Source of the DNA: a virus
Taxonomy: Duplodnaviria > Caudoviricetes
Virus record (IMG/VR): IMGVR_UViG_3300032320_000993
Location: 1 to 56,504 of that record
Direction: 5' to 3' (one strand)
DNA length: 56,504 nucleotides
In this document: positions 9,649-19,861 of the stretch, one piece after another
Layout of the letters: every line of letters starts with the position of its first letter
Position numbering within the stretch: the first letter of the stretch is position 1
Made by a program: the position numbers and the translations under genes
The notes under the pieces: generated by a model
What the model saw: only the letters and a program-made list of their open reading frames with translations
Databases searched by the model: none
Told to the model about the DNA's origin: nothing

Positions 9649-12600
9649 ATGGGCGGCAAAACCTCTAAGTCAACACAGGCGATCACCATCCCACCAGAGG
9701 TGTTGGCGAGGTACAATGCGGTTAACTCCCGCGCCGATACGGTCACCAACAAGCCGTACCAGTATTATGGCGGCCAGTTTGTTGCCCCGCTGACGGCAAC
9801 GCAGCGCTCAGGCATCGAAAACACCAACGCTGCCGCCAACATGGCTCAGCCCTATTACGGCGCTGCCGGTGATGCATATGGCGCTGGGCTTGCTCAGGGT
9901 CAGGAATATCTTGGCGAGGCTACTCAATACGCCCGCGCTGGCGGGCAGGGCGTTGATCCGACCGAAATCAATGGCGCTGCTATCAATAAGTACATGTCGC
10001 CCTATCTCCAGAACGTGCTTCAGGGAACGGCTGGCCTGCTCAATCAGCAGAACCAGCTACAGCAGTCTGGCCAGATGGGCAACGCCATCCGCTCTGGGGC
10101 GTTTGGCGGGGATCGCGGCGGGATTGCTGCGGCCAACCTCAACCAGCAACAAAACTTGGCAAATGCTAAGATCTTCTCCGACATCCTGAATGAAGGCTAC
10201 AACAACGCCCTAAACACGGCTGTTGGTCAACAGGCCGTTGGCCTTGGCGCAGCACAGGCAAACCGCGCTGCCATTCAGCAAACGGCTGATCGCGTTGCTG
10301 GCCTTGGCCAACAGGGATACGAGCAGTTTACCGGCACAGGTCAGAAGGTTCAGGATCTTGGCACGACCGCTCAGGGGGCAGCGCTTGCAGGAGCTGGCGC
10401 TCAGTTGACGGCTGGCGGGGTTGAGCAAGCCACGCAGCAGGCTGAAAACATCGCCAAGTACAATGAGTTCCTTCAGGCCCAGTCGCTGCCGTACCAGCAG
10501 CTTAAACTGGCATCTGACATCGCCCTTGGCACCGGTACCGCGTCTGGCTCCACGACGACGACCGCGCAGCCGGGTGGTTTCTTCTCAGACGAGCGCCTGA
10601 AAGAGAACATCAAGGCTATTGGTAAGACCTTCGATGGCCAGACCATCCACAGCTACAATTACAGGGGCGACCCGCGCACCCAGATCGGCCTTATCGCTCA
10701 AGAGGTCCAGAAGCATCATCCGGACGCTGTCGGCCTCGCTGGCGGCTATAAGACGGTCGATTACGACAAGGCGACTGAAGATGCTGCCGACCGTGGCCAC
10801 ATGGCTCACGGTGGTTATGCCAGTATGGGCGGTGGCGTCATGCCTGAGCATGCAGGTCAGGGGTTTGCGGGTGGCGGCGTTGCCGGGTTCGATCCCGCCG
10901 TGATGCAGCAAATCCTCTCAGCACAGCAGGCTATGTATGAGCCCCTTTCAAAGAGCGGAATGTATGCCGGTGGGCCAAACGCTGGCGGCGGACTCGTTCC
11001 GCAGTCTGAGGTTGTCGCACGTCAGTTGATGACGCCCGCTGAATTGCCCAAGCAGGCCACTGGTGCTGAGCAAGCCAAGTCCATGGTCGATCTTGGCAAC
11101 AGCATCAACCAGTTTGGCGAGGGCGTTGGCGCTTGGGGTGGCAAGCCTAAGGGGAAGGACACACCCCCACCGCCGCCTGAAAAAACGAAGGGCTCATTCC
11201 AAGAGTCACTCTACCAAGACCCCGACTATGACGATGATTACAAGGGCGGACTGTTCCACAGGGCCTTGGGCGGCGGCACACCTTACAACGGTCAAGGCCT
11301 CGACATCCCACAGGAGGACGCTACCGCCAAGACGTACCAGCCCATGACGCCTGCCTCCCTTGAGAAGCAGGAAAGCGGCCTCGACAAGCTTGGCAAGGTT
11401 GCCAAAATTGCAGGCACTGTGGCGTCAATATTCTCCGACAAGCATATGAAGGAAAACATCAGGCCAATCGGGAAGCTTTTTGACGGCCAGATTGTCCATA
11501 GCTTCAACTACAAGGGCGACCCGCGCACCCAGATTGGCCTGATCGCTCAAGAGGTTGAAGGCCACAAGCCGCATGCTGTTGGCAATGTCCACGGCATGAA
11601 GGCTGTTGACTATGCCAAGGCAACTTCCGCCGCTGCCAAGCGCGGTCACTTCGCCATGGGTGGTGAGCCAATGGATGTTGGCCTTGCTGGCGCTGAGCGG
11701 GATAGCCAAGAGCCTGATTTCAACCTTGACCCTGAGGACATCCTGTCTGGCGGCGATGAGGACGCTGAGTTCTTCATGCGGAATGCCATGGGCAAAAAAG
11801 AAACCCCCGCACAGGCCGCTGGCCTTGGCGCTCTGGAAAGCAACAAGGACAAAATCCTTGACGCCTACAAAACCACGCCCGCTTTTAAGCCGCGCCCTCG
11901 CAGCCCAACAGGCCTTGCGCCATCAATGGGCGCTCTGCCCAAGGACATCATGCAGATCGCCCGCCTGATCCATGCTGGTGAGGGCACGGGCAAAAACCCA
12001 CTGTCTTCGGCTAGGGGTCCGTATCAGATGATCGACAGCACCTTTGCCGGTGAGTTCCGGAAAAACTATCCTGACCGCGCAAAGGGCATGTCTGATAGCC
12101 AGATCATCGCCCTAAAGCACAGCCCAGAGGGCTATGCCATCAGCGAGGCGATGGGCCCAAGGCTGATTGCCAGCAACGCCAAGATTGTTGAGCGCGGAGG
12201 TTTTGAGCCTGACGCTGGCAACGTGTATCTTGCCCACTTCTTGGGCCCAGATACTGCTGTCCGCGTACTTCGCGCCAATCCCAATGAGCCAATCGGACGC
12301 TACGTTAGTCGGGAAGCAATTGCGGCTAACCCGCCATTGCAAAAGAACCCAACAGTTGGCGGCACCATTAACTGGGCGCGTGGCTACATGGCCAAGCAGG
12401 CCAATTACCTAAATCGCAACCGCCGCTCTGCCGGTGGCCTTGCTGGCCGTGACGGGTATCAGGTTGGTGGCAGTCCGAAAACAGATCAAGAGTTGGCAGA
12501 AGAGCTTACTGCGAACACCCCAACAGAGGAGGTTATTCCCGCACCTCCAATGCGTAAAACTGAGACCGCTCCTCAGGCGGGGTTGGCGGCAGGTGAGGCG

Positions 12601-14103
12601 GCAACGACCACGCCGACAGATACAACGCCTGCCACTGGCGTTGCCCCTCCCGTTGAAGACATCGTGGTAAATGCCAAGCCTGATCCCCGTGGCAGGCCGC
12701 AGCGCACGCCGCGTGAAAACATCTATGGTCGCGGGAAGCAGGACCCACTTAGCTATGAAGGCGGAAAAATTCCCAACTACAGCTATGACTATATGACGGA
12801 GCCCTTCTTCAAGGGTATTAAGCGTGGATCCGCAGGGTCGATCATTCCTCTTTTGACGGGCATTGCCGCCATGGGCACCGCGCCAACGCGCAGCCTTGGC
12901 GTTGCCCTTGCGACAGGTCTTGGCGCTGGCGCGCAAAGCTACGCCGGTCTGGCCAATGAGCGCAACAAGCAGCTTGTGCAGAGGCAGATCGGCACGGCCC
13001 GTTACGCGGACTCTGTGCGGGCGTATTTTGAAAAGGAAGCTGTACCTCTGGGTGGCGGTAAATATTATTATCGCGGCAGGGAGATCAACCAAGCCGAATA
13101 CGACCAGATGCTCAATGACGCGATTACCAACAAAAGCGGGGTCTTGCTCCCCTCAATTCCGGAGACCGCAAAGCCTTATCAGGCTCCAAAGGCCCCTGAG
13201 CCAGCGAAGCCCGTCGAAATCACTGACAAGCCTGACATGTCTACCACGACTGGCGTTTTTGCCGCAGCCTTCAATGACAGCATCGCGCAGAATGCGCGAC
13301 AGCGGATAGCCGACGCTAGAGAGGTCTCCAAAGAAGAGCGCCTGAAGCTTGGGGATGCTCAATTGTTGACCAGCCCAACCGCTCTTCAAGCTGTTCGCGA
13401 CAGGATAACAGCCGCAGAAAGCGCAGAAACCAGCGCGACTGCTGAGTTGAACAAGCGTCTGGGGGATTTGACTGGAACGCAGTTGGCTACCTTGGGCGCT
13501 GCTCAGCAGGAAACCTTCCTGAGAACCGTTGAAAGGGCTGCCAAGCTTCAAGAGGAATTTAGCGCCATGCGTCCGCTCTTGCAGCAGATCGATGCAATGA
13601 AGAAAGTCGGCTTTAAGGGTGGTCCGGGCCAAGGTGGTTGGGCCACAATTGCCGACTTCATTTCACGTTTTGGCAATTTGTCTGAAGAGCAGTCGAAGCT
13701 TCTTGGCAGTGCTGCTGATGACGTGTCCCGTCAGAAAATTCTGGCTAGTACCTTCGGCGGGGCGGTGTTTGACCCTGCCAATCCGGGCAAGGCTGCGGAG
13801 TGGCTTGTTAATAATGTTATCCTGCCAAGGGCAACGGACATTAGGCGCGAGATGGCAGAAATCAATAAGCGGGCTACCCCGACCGCAATGCCCACGCCAA
13901 CCACCGGGATCGCCACACCCGTCACCCGTGCGCCGGAACCGGCCCCGCCACAGGCGACTGGTAAGCCTGCCTCACTAGGCCGTGACAATGTCTGGCGGGC
14001 AATGAGGCTTGAAGACATCATGAATGACAGCAGGATCAAAAAGGGTGCGCCGTATGAGATTTTAGGGCCTGATGGCCGCGTCACAGGCGAGGGAAAGAAG
14101 TAA
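9649..14103 (+). CDS. DNA ejection/pilot protein with two S74 autoproteolytic chaperone domains and a lysozyme-like/transglycosylase domain
   Basis: MGGK start and Gln/Ala-rich pilot region (GAFGGDR); SDERLKENI and SDKHMKENI...GLIAQEV...VDY; EGTGKNPLSSARGPYQMIDSTF...YLAHFLG. Confidence 0.75.
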   Translation: MGGKTSKSTQAITIPPEVLARYNAVNSRADTVTNKPYQYYGGQFVAPLTATQRSGIENTNAAANMAQPYYGAAGDAYGAGLAQGQEYLGEATQYARAGGQGVDPTEINGAAINKYMSPYLQNVLQGTAGLLNQQNQLQQSGQMGNAIRSGAFGGDRGGIAAANLNQQQNLANAKIFSDILNEGYNNALNTAVGQQAVGLGAAQANRAAIQQTADRVAGLGQQGYEQFTGTGQKVQDLGTTAQGAALAGAGAQLTAGGVEQATQQAENIAKYNEFLQAQSLPYQQLKLASDIALGTGTASGSTTTTAQPGGFFSDERLKENIKAIGKTFDGQTIHSYNYRGDPRTQIGLIAQEVQKHHPDAVGLAGGYKTVDYDKATEDAADRGHMAHGGYASMGGGVMPEHAGQGFAGGGVAGFDPAVMQQILSAQQAMYEPLSKSGMYAGGPNAGGGLVPQSEVVARQLMTPAELPKQATGAEQAKSMVDLGNSINQFGEGVGAWGGKPKGKDTPPPPPEKTKGSFQESLYQDPDYDDDYKGGLFHRALGGGTPYNGQGLDIPQEDATAKTYQPMTPASLEKQESGLDKLGKVAKIAGTVASIFSDKHMKENIRPIGKLFDGQIVHSFNYKGDPRTQIGLIAQEVEGHKPHAVGNVHGMKAVDYAKATSAAAKRGHFAMGGEPMDVGLAGAERDSQEPDFNLDPEDILSGGDEDAEFFMRNAMGKKETPAQAAGLGALESNKDKILDAYKTTPAFKPRPRSPTGLAPSMGALPKDIMQIARLIHAGEGTGKNPLSSARGPYQMIDSTFAGEFRKNYPDRAKGMSDSQIIALKHSPEGYAISEAMGPRLIASNAKIVERGGFEPDAGNVYLAHFLGPDTAVRVLRANPNEPIGRYVSREAIAANPPLQKNPTVGGTINWARGYMAKQANYLNRNRRSAGGLAGRDGYQVGGSPKTDQELAEELTANTPTEEVIPAPPMRKTETAPQAGLAAGEAATTTPTDTTPATGVAPPVEDIVVNAKPDPRGRPQRTPRENIYGRGKQDPLSYEGGKIPNYSYDYMTEPFFKGIKRGSAGSIIPLLTGIAAMGTAPTRSLGVALATGLGAGAQSYAGLANERNKQLVQRQIGTARYADSVRAYFEKEAVPLGGGKYYYRGREINQAEYDQMLNDAITNKSGVLLPSIPETAKPYQAPKAPEPAKPVEITDKPDMSTTTGVFAAAFNDSIAQNARQRIADAREVSKEERLKLGDAQLLTSPTALQAVRDRITAAESAETSATAELNKRLGDLTGTQLATLGAAQQETFLRTVERAAKLQEEFSAMRPLLQQIDAMKKVGFKGGPGQGGWATIADFISRFGNLSEEQSKLLGSAADDVSRQKILASTFGGAVFDPANPGKAAEWLVNNVILPRATDIRREMAEINKRATPTAMPTPTTGIATPVTRAPEPAPPQATGKPASLGRDNVWRAMRLEDIMNDSRIKKGAPYEILGPDGRVTGEGKK

Positions 14104-14104
14104 G

Positions 14105-17100
14105 ATGGCTGATGAGCGCTCTTGGTATGACTGGTTCAAAGAAACCGCCCCCGGCAAAGCTTTTGATTGGGCTCTTTATGGCGAGGACACCCCCGCCGTT
14201 AATTACATCGACCCAAGCACCGGGAAAGCCATAAGGAACACCGGGCCCAACCCCCAGACGGGTCGCGTGATGACCAAATCACCGACAACGTCTTGGACGG
14301 AAGCTGGCCGCAATCTGGTTGATAACTGGAGCGCCCTTAAGGGTGCTGAAGCGCTTCGCGGGATGGTGCGCGGGATTGCTGATATTCCAGCCCTTCCGGG
14401 GTTTGTCAGTTCCGTTAACCGCGCCATAGCGGGAGACGGCCTGTCCCCACAGCAATATTACGACAGGTTCCTTAATCAAGGTGATGCCTCATGGGTAACG
14501 CTTTTGTCCAAAGGGCCTTCTGGAATGAAGCGCCAACGTCCGACTGATGCTCAAATTCGCCAAATCATGGAGAAGGACCGTCGCGCCGCAAACGGCTTGG
14601 CGAACATGTTTTCGTACAGGGATGCAAAGGGTGGCTGGAAGTTTGACACAAGCCGCATGCTCCGCTCATTTACCCAAGACCCGGCTGGCGCTGTTGCGGC
14701 GGTTGCGACTATGGGCGAGGGCGCTGCTCTGAAGGCGGGTAGCAAGCTGGGGGCGATAGCGAGGACTGCTCAAGCCGGAAGCAGGACTGCAAAAATTGCA
14801 GGGGCTGCTGCGCCAGTGTTCAACACGGCTGGCATGATCCTTAAGGGCGGAAAATGGGTGGCAAACCCAGTTGTACCACTGGCTGCAAAGGCCGCTACCA
14901 GCGGACCTGTGCGCGATGCTGTTACTATCGCCAAAAATGCTGTGACTGGCCGCTATTCAATATATCGCCCTGACTTTATGCGGGAATGGACGCCATTCAA
15001 AACTCAGGTTGAAGATCGGCTGCGCGCCAGTGGCGTTGCTGATGACGTTATTTCCTCCCCTGAGGTGCAGCAGCGTGTCTTTGACATGTTCAATCAGCAG
15101 ACCAATGGCAAGTTTGCAGACCCATTTACCGACAGGGCGAAAAGGGATTTTGCGGACAACGGCATGGACCCTGCGGACTATGCGGCCCCGCACATCGGAA
15201 TGGCTGTCGAAAACACCATAAACAATAAGCGTGGCGTCACCCCGGCTGTTATGCAGGAGGCGAAGTTGCGGGCCGCAGGCGCAGCATCCGTCACGCGCAG
15301 CACGGCCACAGGCGAGGCACCCGGCTTCTTGTTTAGGAACCAAGAGGGCCCCGCCCGCGCCACCACAGAGGCGCAGATGTCAGACGCCCTGTCTGGTCGC
15401 TTCACCCCAGCCTCTGGTCGAGCCCCCGGAACGCACCGCGACGTTGCCGACGACTTCATCGACACGCAGGTCTCCCGCCGCAATGCCTTTGGCCGGTCGT
15501 ATGAAGAAGCCGCCAAGAACGACGGAATTTTCAGGGATCCTAATGCATTTCTATCTGAACTGGATCGCCAGACTGAGGCGTTTCTCCAGCAAAGGGGCAT
15601 CGACCCAAGGAACCTTGCATCTGACCCAAAATCATTTTCCAGCGCAAACGCAGCAATTCAGAATTCGCGAATGGGCATATCTCGCCACGGCGCAGATGTT
15701 CAGCAAATTGAGCAGTTTGTAGCGGGCAATAAGTACACATATGATCGTGTAAGTGAGAAGTGGTTTCAGCCAGATGGGCAAGCCGCAAATCCAACCATGC
15801 AAAATATTATCAATCTTCATGCTGATCCGGCTGTTAAGGCGGCAATTGCCGCGCCCGCTCCCGCGCCCGTCAATCGCCTCAACCTTCAAAATCTTGAGAT
15901 TGAGCGCCGACGCCTAGGTGATGCAGCGCAAAATGCTTATGAAAAAGGTGACTTCAATAATTACAATGCCATCACAGCGCGCATCGATGCATTGGATGAC
16001 ACCGCCATCAAGATGGGGCATGACTTTACCGGTGACATCAACAAGGCCATGCCAGCCCTTCAGCAGGCACGGGCGCAGTATCGCGACTGGCGTCAAAATG
16101 GGATTGAGTCTCAGAACCCAGTTGTCAAAACCGCTGCTGAGCAGGTTATGTCTCGTTCTGTCCGTGACCCGGCGACAGGCAGATACACGTTTGCCGACTC
16201 TCCGGGCAGCCGTGGCGTTGTCACCAGCACGTTTGAAGGCAATCTTGTCGGCTCTGGCAAGAATGTTGCCCCGCCGGGAACCATTGGGAGCGGCGCTACC
16301 GCCACCAACCCCGCTGAGACGTACACAGCCCTTTCTAAGACCCTTTCACCCACCGGCCAGCAGGCTTTGGGTGATATTATCCGGGTCGAGGGCTACGGGC
16401 GTCCCGGCGCGACTGTCGATGACCTTGGTCAGCTTCACTCAGCCTATGCCGGTCAAGGCGTCAATCTCCTGACGCCTGAACAGGAGCGCTTCCTGAGGCT
16501 CAACACTACTGCGCGCCCTGACGCGTCTCCAGCAAACATCCCGCAGCGCGATCCATTCACGCTCAACCCGTTTGCAGCGCCCGAAGGGGCTAAGACGGGT
16601 CTGATCAGCAGGGCAACGCAAATTGTCTCCCCGCTCATCAAAGGTGGCATTGGCTACACGGTGGGCACCGCAATTGGCGGTCCAAACCTTGGATATGCGC
16701 TGATGGCTGGAAGCCCGTTTCAAAGCCCACTTATGAAGAACATGAAGAATTTTCGGTCTGTTGGCGCTGAGCAATACGGAGCGCCAAACTACCGTGTGAA
16801 CATTCCCAATCCAGAAATGCCATTGTCCGTGGGCGCGGCATACGGAAGTCAGGTCGCGCAGGGAAATGCTGAGCAGTTCGCGGAAAGCGAACGGCAGAGG
16901 CAGCTTAAAGAGTTTAACCTTCCGCAAGCCAGTAAGGGCGAGTCCCCGGTCGATCTCACCGCTCAAAGCAGGGCTGAGCAGGCGTTGCAGTTTTACGGCA
17001 AACCGCAAAAAAGCGAAATTTACGACTCAGCGCCAGCGCCCACGCAAGAGCAAATGGAAGAGCAAATCTACGGTCCAAAGGCCCGTGGCGGTCGCGCTGC

Positions 17101-17266
17101 GTACAGGGCTGGCGGCAAGGTCGGCGGAATTGAGCATCTGGTGCAGGCCTTGATGAGCAGGGCCAAAATGGCTAAAAGGGTTTCGAACAAGGCGACGGAG
17201 CCACTGCTAAATGAGCGCGATGATGCTATAGCCAATGCCCTAGCCGTCGCGCAAAAGGCCATTTAA
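14105..17266 (+). CDS. Large internal virion/ejection protein
   Basis: ~1050-aa Ala-rich helical ORF directly after the pilot protein; C-terminal GG motifs. Confidence 0.6.
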   Translation: MADERSWYDWFKETAPGKAFDWALYGEDTPAVNYIDPSTGKAIRNTGPNPQTGRVMTKSPTTSWTEAGRNLVDNWSALKGAEALRGMVRGIADIPALPGFVSSVNRAIAGDGLSPQQYYDRFLNQGDASWVTLLSKGPSGMKRQRPTDAQIRQIMEKDRRAANGLANMFSYRDAKGGWKFDTSRMLRSFTQDPAGAVAAVATMGEGAALKAGSKLGAIARTAQAGSRTAKIAGAAAPVFNTAGMILKGGKWVANPVVPLAAKAATSGPVRDAVTIAKNAVTGRYSIYRPDFMREWTPFKTQVEDRLRASGVADDVISSPEVQQRVFDMFNQQTNGKFADPFTDRAKRDFADNGMDPADYAAPHIGMAVENTINNKRGVTPAVMQEAKLRAAGAASVTRSTATGEAPGFLFRNQEGPARATTEAQMSDALSGRFTPASGRAPGTHRDVADDFIDTQVSRRNAFGRSYEEAAKNDGIFRDPNAFLSELDRQTEAFLQQRGIDPRNLASDPKSFSSANAAIQNSRMGISRHGADVQQIEQFVAGNKYTYDRVSEKWFQPDGQAANPTMQNIINLHADPAVKAAIAAPAPAPVNRLNLQNLEIERRRLGDAAQNAYEKGDFNNYNAITARIDALDDTAIKMGHDFTGDINKAMPALQQARAQYRDWRQNGIESQNPVVKTAAEQVMSRSVRDPATGRYTFADSPGSRGVVTSTFEGNLVGSGKNVAPPGTIGSGATATNPAETYTALSKTLSPTGQQALGDIIRVEGYGRPGATVDDLGQLHSAYAGQGVNLLTPEQERFLRLNTTARPDASPANIPQRDPFTLNPFAAPEGAKTGLISRATQIVSPLIKGGIGYTVGTAIGGPNLGYALMAGSPFQSPLMKNMKNFRSVGAEQYGAPNYRVNIPNPEMPLSVGAAYGSQVAQGNAEQFAESERQRQLKEFNLPQASKGESPVDLTAQSRAEQALQFYGKPQKSEIYDSAPAPTQEQMEEQIYGPKARGGRAAYRAGGKVGGIEHLVQALMSRAKMAKRVSNKATEPLLNERDDAIANALAVAQKAI

Positions 17267-17276
17267 GGAAGATCCC

Positions 17277-18230
17277 ATGCCCAGCTCGTTCACCACCAAC
17301 AAGCAAATTGAGAAGCCCGGAAACGGCGACTACGTCAATACATGGTCAACGCCGGTCAATGCCGACTGGGACATCATTGACAAGGCGTTTGGCGGTCAAA
17401 CCACCCTAAACGCCGTTGGCGTATCTGGCACTGTGGCACTGACGCCGACACAGTACCAGCCACCGATTATCGCAATCACAGGATCAATCACAGGCAATAT
17501 CAATTACCGACTCCCCGCAGGCGTTGGAGGATATTGGTTTGTCTTCAACAACACGACTACAGGCGCTGGCGGTCCATATGCTATCGTCCTGTCTTCGGCT
17601 GGTGGCGGCAGCACCGTCACGCTTGTCCAAGGCAAGACAACGGCAGTAATTTGCGATGGCACCAATGTCGGCCTCGCTGACACTAACGTCGCAATAGCGG
17701 GCGGCAGCACCACGCAAGTCCAGTTCAACAGCGCTGGCGCATTGGCCGGATCGGCAAGCCTGACTTGGAATGGCGCGACCCTGACGTCATCCAGCTTCAC
17801 CGGACCCCTGATAGGCAATGCCTCAACGGCCACGTCAGCAACGACTGCGACGACCGCGACGACCGCCACCTATGCCAGCACGGTGACGGGCACGGCGCTG
17901 GCCATTGGGTATCTTCAGCTTCCGCAGAATTCTCAAAGCACGGCATATCCAGCAGTGGCCGCAGACGTTGGCAAGCACATCTACACCACCAGCAACGTCA
18001 CACTCAACCCAAGCGTATTCTCTCCCGGTGACGCCTTTGTCATCGTCAACAGCAACACGGCAACCACTTCAATCAACATTGTCGCAGGCTCCGGTGTCGT
18101 TTTGCGCCTCGCCGGGACCACGACATCCGGCACACCGCGCCCTCTCGCCCCAAATGGCATCGCGTCCGTTTTGTGTGTTGTTGGTGGCGCTACACCAACA
18201 TTCCTGCTCTCCGGCGCAGGGCTCAGCTAA
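17277..18230 (+). CDS. Tail fibre/baseplate-like protein
   Basis: Thr-rich; GGSTTQVQFNSAG and GNASTAT fibre motifs. Confidence 0.65.
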   Translation: MPSSFTTNKQIEKPGNGDYVNTWSTPVNADWDIIDKAFGGQTTLNAVGVSGTVALTPTQYQPPIIAITGSITGNINYRLPAGVGGYWFVFNNTTTGAGGPYAIVLSSAGGGSTVTLVQGKTTAVICDGTNVGLADTNVAIAGGSTTQVQFNSAGALAGSASLTWNGATLTSSSFTGPLIGNASTATSATTATTATTATYASTVTGTALAIGYLQLPQNSQSTAYPAVAADVGKHIYTTSNVTLNPSVFSPGDAFVIVNSNTATTSINIVAGSGVVLRLAGTTTSGTPRPLAPNGIASVLCVVGGATPTFLLSGAGLS

Positions 18231-18637
18231 TGACCGGCATAATGTGCATGATCATGGGATCCTCCGCCAATGCAGTGGTCGATTTCACTGACGACATAAT
18301 TTATGCTTTCAATATCGGCGGTCCAGCTATTGCTGGCTATCAAGTGAGTTCAAACGGGTCTGACTATCAGATCGTAAACGCCTCGACTCTCCTGCTCAGC
18401 CAGTGGGTTACGCCCACCTCTGCTGGTGGAAATTATGAAGTCTTTGCGACGGTCACAAGCGGTACCTTGTCCTCTGGCGCAACCGGGTCTTGGGTCGCCA
18501 CCTCAGGAAACCCAATATGGCAATGCGTTCAAGTTGGGGCGGGCGTAAAATCGGCCAACCTCACAATGCAGGTTCGCGCTGTTGGGTCAGCCACCGTCCT
18601 TGACACTTGGTACATCTCTCTGACGGCTGAGAAGTAA
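18230..18637 (+). CDS. Hypothetical tail-fibre-associated protein
   Basis: ATG overlaps the upstream TAA; beta-rich. Confidence 0.55.
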   Translation: MTGIMCMIMGSSANAVVDFTDDIIYAFNIGGPAIAGYQVSSNGSDYQIVNASTLLLSQWVTPTSAGGNYEVFATVTSGTLSSGATGSWVATSGNPIWQCVQVGAGVKSANLTMQVRAVGSATVLDTWYISLTAEK

Positions 18638-18693
18638 TCATGGCATCCGTACACCAAATAATTCCTGAACCTTGGATTTTTAAGGACAAGAAA

Positions 18694-18861
18694 ATGGCTG
18701 AAATTGACCAAACAGAGGCCCGTTTGAACACCCATGAGGAGGTCTGCGCTTTGCGCTATGAGGGCATTTGCGCCCGCCTCAAAAGGCTTGAGAATATTGG
18801 TGTGGCCGTGGCCGGTGCAATCATCCTGATGCTCATCAGCATCCTCGTGAAAATGAATTAA
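18694..18861 (+). CDS. Small coiled-coil + TM protein (XhlA/holin-like)
   Basis: HEEVCALRYEGICARLKRLE followed by a C-terminal TM helix; AAGGA RBS. Confidence 0.55.
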   Translation: MAEIDQTEARLNTHEEVCALRYEGICARLKRLENIGVAVAGAIILMLISILVKMN

Positions 18862-18872
18862 AGGAACGCGAC

Positions 18873-19202
18873 ATGGCAACAACGTACACTTGGTCTGTCT
18901 CGCAGATGGATGCATATCCTGAGGCGTATGGCGAAACAAATGTGGTCTTTATCATCCATTGGACCCTGACCGGCGAAGAGGCTGGCTTCACTTATTCCAT
19001 ATACGGCTCTCAGGGCATCGGCGTTGACCCCTCAGCTCCTTTCACGCCCTATGCCGACCTCACTGAGGGTCAGGTCATCGGATGGCTTCTGGAGGCTATG
19101 GGTGCTGATCAGGTTATGGCTTGTGAGCAATCTGTGTCACAGCAGATTAACAATCTGATTGTACCGCCGGTTGTGACGCCGCCACTTCCTTGGAGCGTAT
19201 GA
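18873..19202 (+). CDS. Hypothetical phage tail-region protein
   Basis: AAGGA RBS; FTPYADLTEGQVIGW...PLPW motif. Confidence 0.6.
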   Translation: MATTYTWSVSQMDAYPEAYGETNVVFIIHWTLTGEEAGFTYSIYGSQGIGVDPSAPFTPYADLTEGQVIGWLLEAMGADQVMACEQSVSQQINNLIVPPVVTPPLPWSV

Positions 19203-19690
19203 TGAAAATTTCTGACATTTTCACCAGCAAAGAACCCGGCAGTCTCGACACCGTCGAATGGATTTTGCGCGTCACTGTCGTGACCCTTGCGCTGATCATG
19301 TGCGCCGTGATCTTTACGCTGATGTTTGGCCTGTTTGCGAAGGACGTGGACAATACGGAGATCTTCTCCATCATTGGCCCTGCGTTCAACACCATCGTGG
19401 GCGCGTTTGTCGGTCTGCTGGGTGGCCTGAGCCTTAATAACGTCAACGGCAAGGAAGCGCCTCTGGAACTGACGGAAGTTGCGCCTGAGCCTGATCCTGA
19501 GCCTGTTGTGTCTCAGCCAGTAACGGCAAGCCCCGTTGCGTCTCAGGAAGTAGCTTCTGTGATCGACAACGATGACGATGACGACATGGCCCCTTGGGAG
19601 AAGCATCGTCACGACCTGCGCTGGGATGTGAACGGCGACGGCGCGGTCGATCAGGACGACTTCCCAGACTGGCGCAACCCGGAGGCATAA
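19199..19690 (+). CDS. Two-TM membrane protein with acidic tail and EF-hand/dockerin-like loop (possible holin/antiholin)
   Basis: Two hydrophobic helices; DVNGDGAVDQDD; upstream of the endolysin. Confidence 0.55.
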   Translation: MMKISDIFTSKEPGSLDTVEWILRVTVVTLALIMCAVIFTLMFGLFAKDVDNTEIFSIIGPAFNTIVGAFVGLLGGLSLNNVNGKEAPLELTEVAPEPDPEPVVSQPVTASPVASQEVASVIDNDDDDDMAPWEKHRHDLRWDVNGDGAVDQDDFPDWRNPEA

Positions 19691-19861
19691 GTGACAGGCG
19701 ACCTCTCCACCGTTGAACTGATCGGCCAACTTTGGCCCATCGTTCTGGCGTTTATCACGCTGACGATCATCCTCGCGAAGATGGACGTGCGCCTTGCTGT
19801 CGTTGAGGAAAAGATCAAGACGCTCTTTGAGCTTTGGAATAGTCGGAAGGACGACAAGTGA
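19691..19861 (+). CDS. Small single-TM protein (holin candidate; absent from the ORF track)
   Basis: GGAGG RBS and GTG start; MTGDLSTVELIGQLWPIVLAFITLTIILAKMDVRLAVVEEKIKTLFELWNSRKDDK; stop overlaps the endolysin start. Confidence 0.6.
   Translation: MTGDLSTVELIGQLWPIVLAFITLTIILAKMDVRLAVVEEKIKTLFELWNSRKDDK

Noticed and set aside
14072-14105. Frameshift or readthrough fusing the two large ejection genes
   Set aside because: TAA-G-ATG is simple translational coupling, and no slippery heptamer or stimulatory structure is evident.
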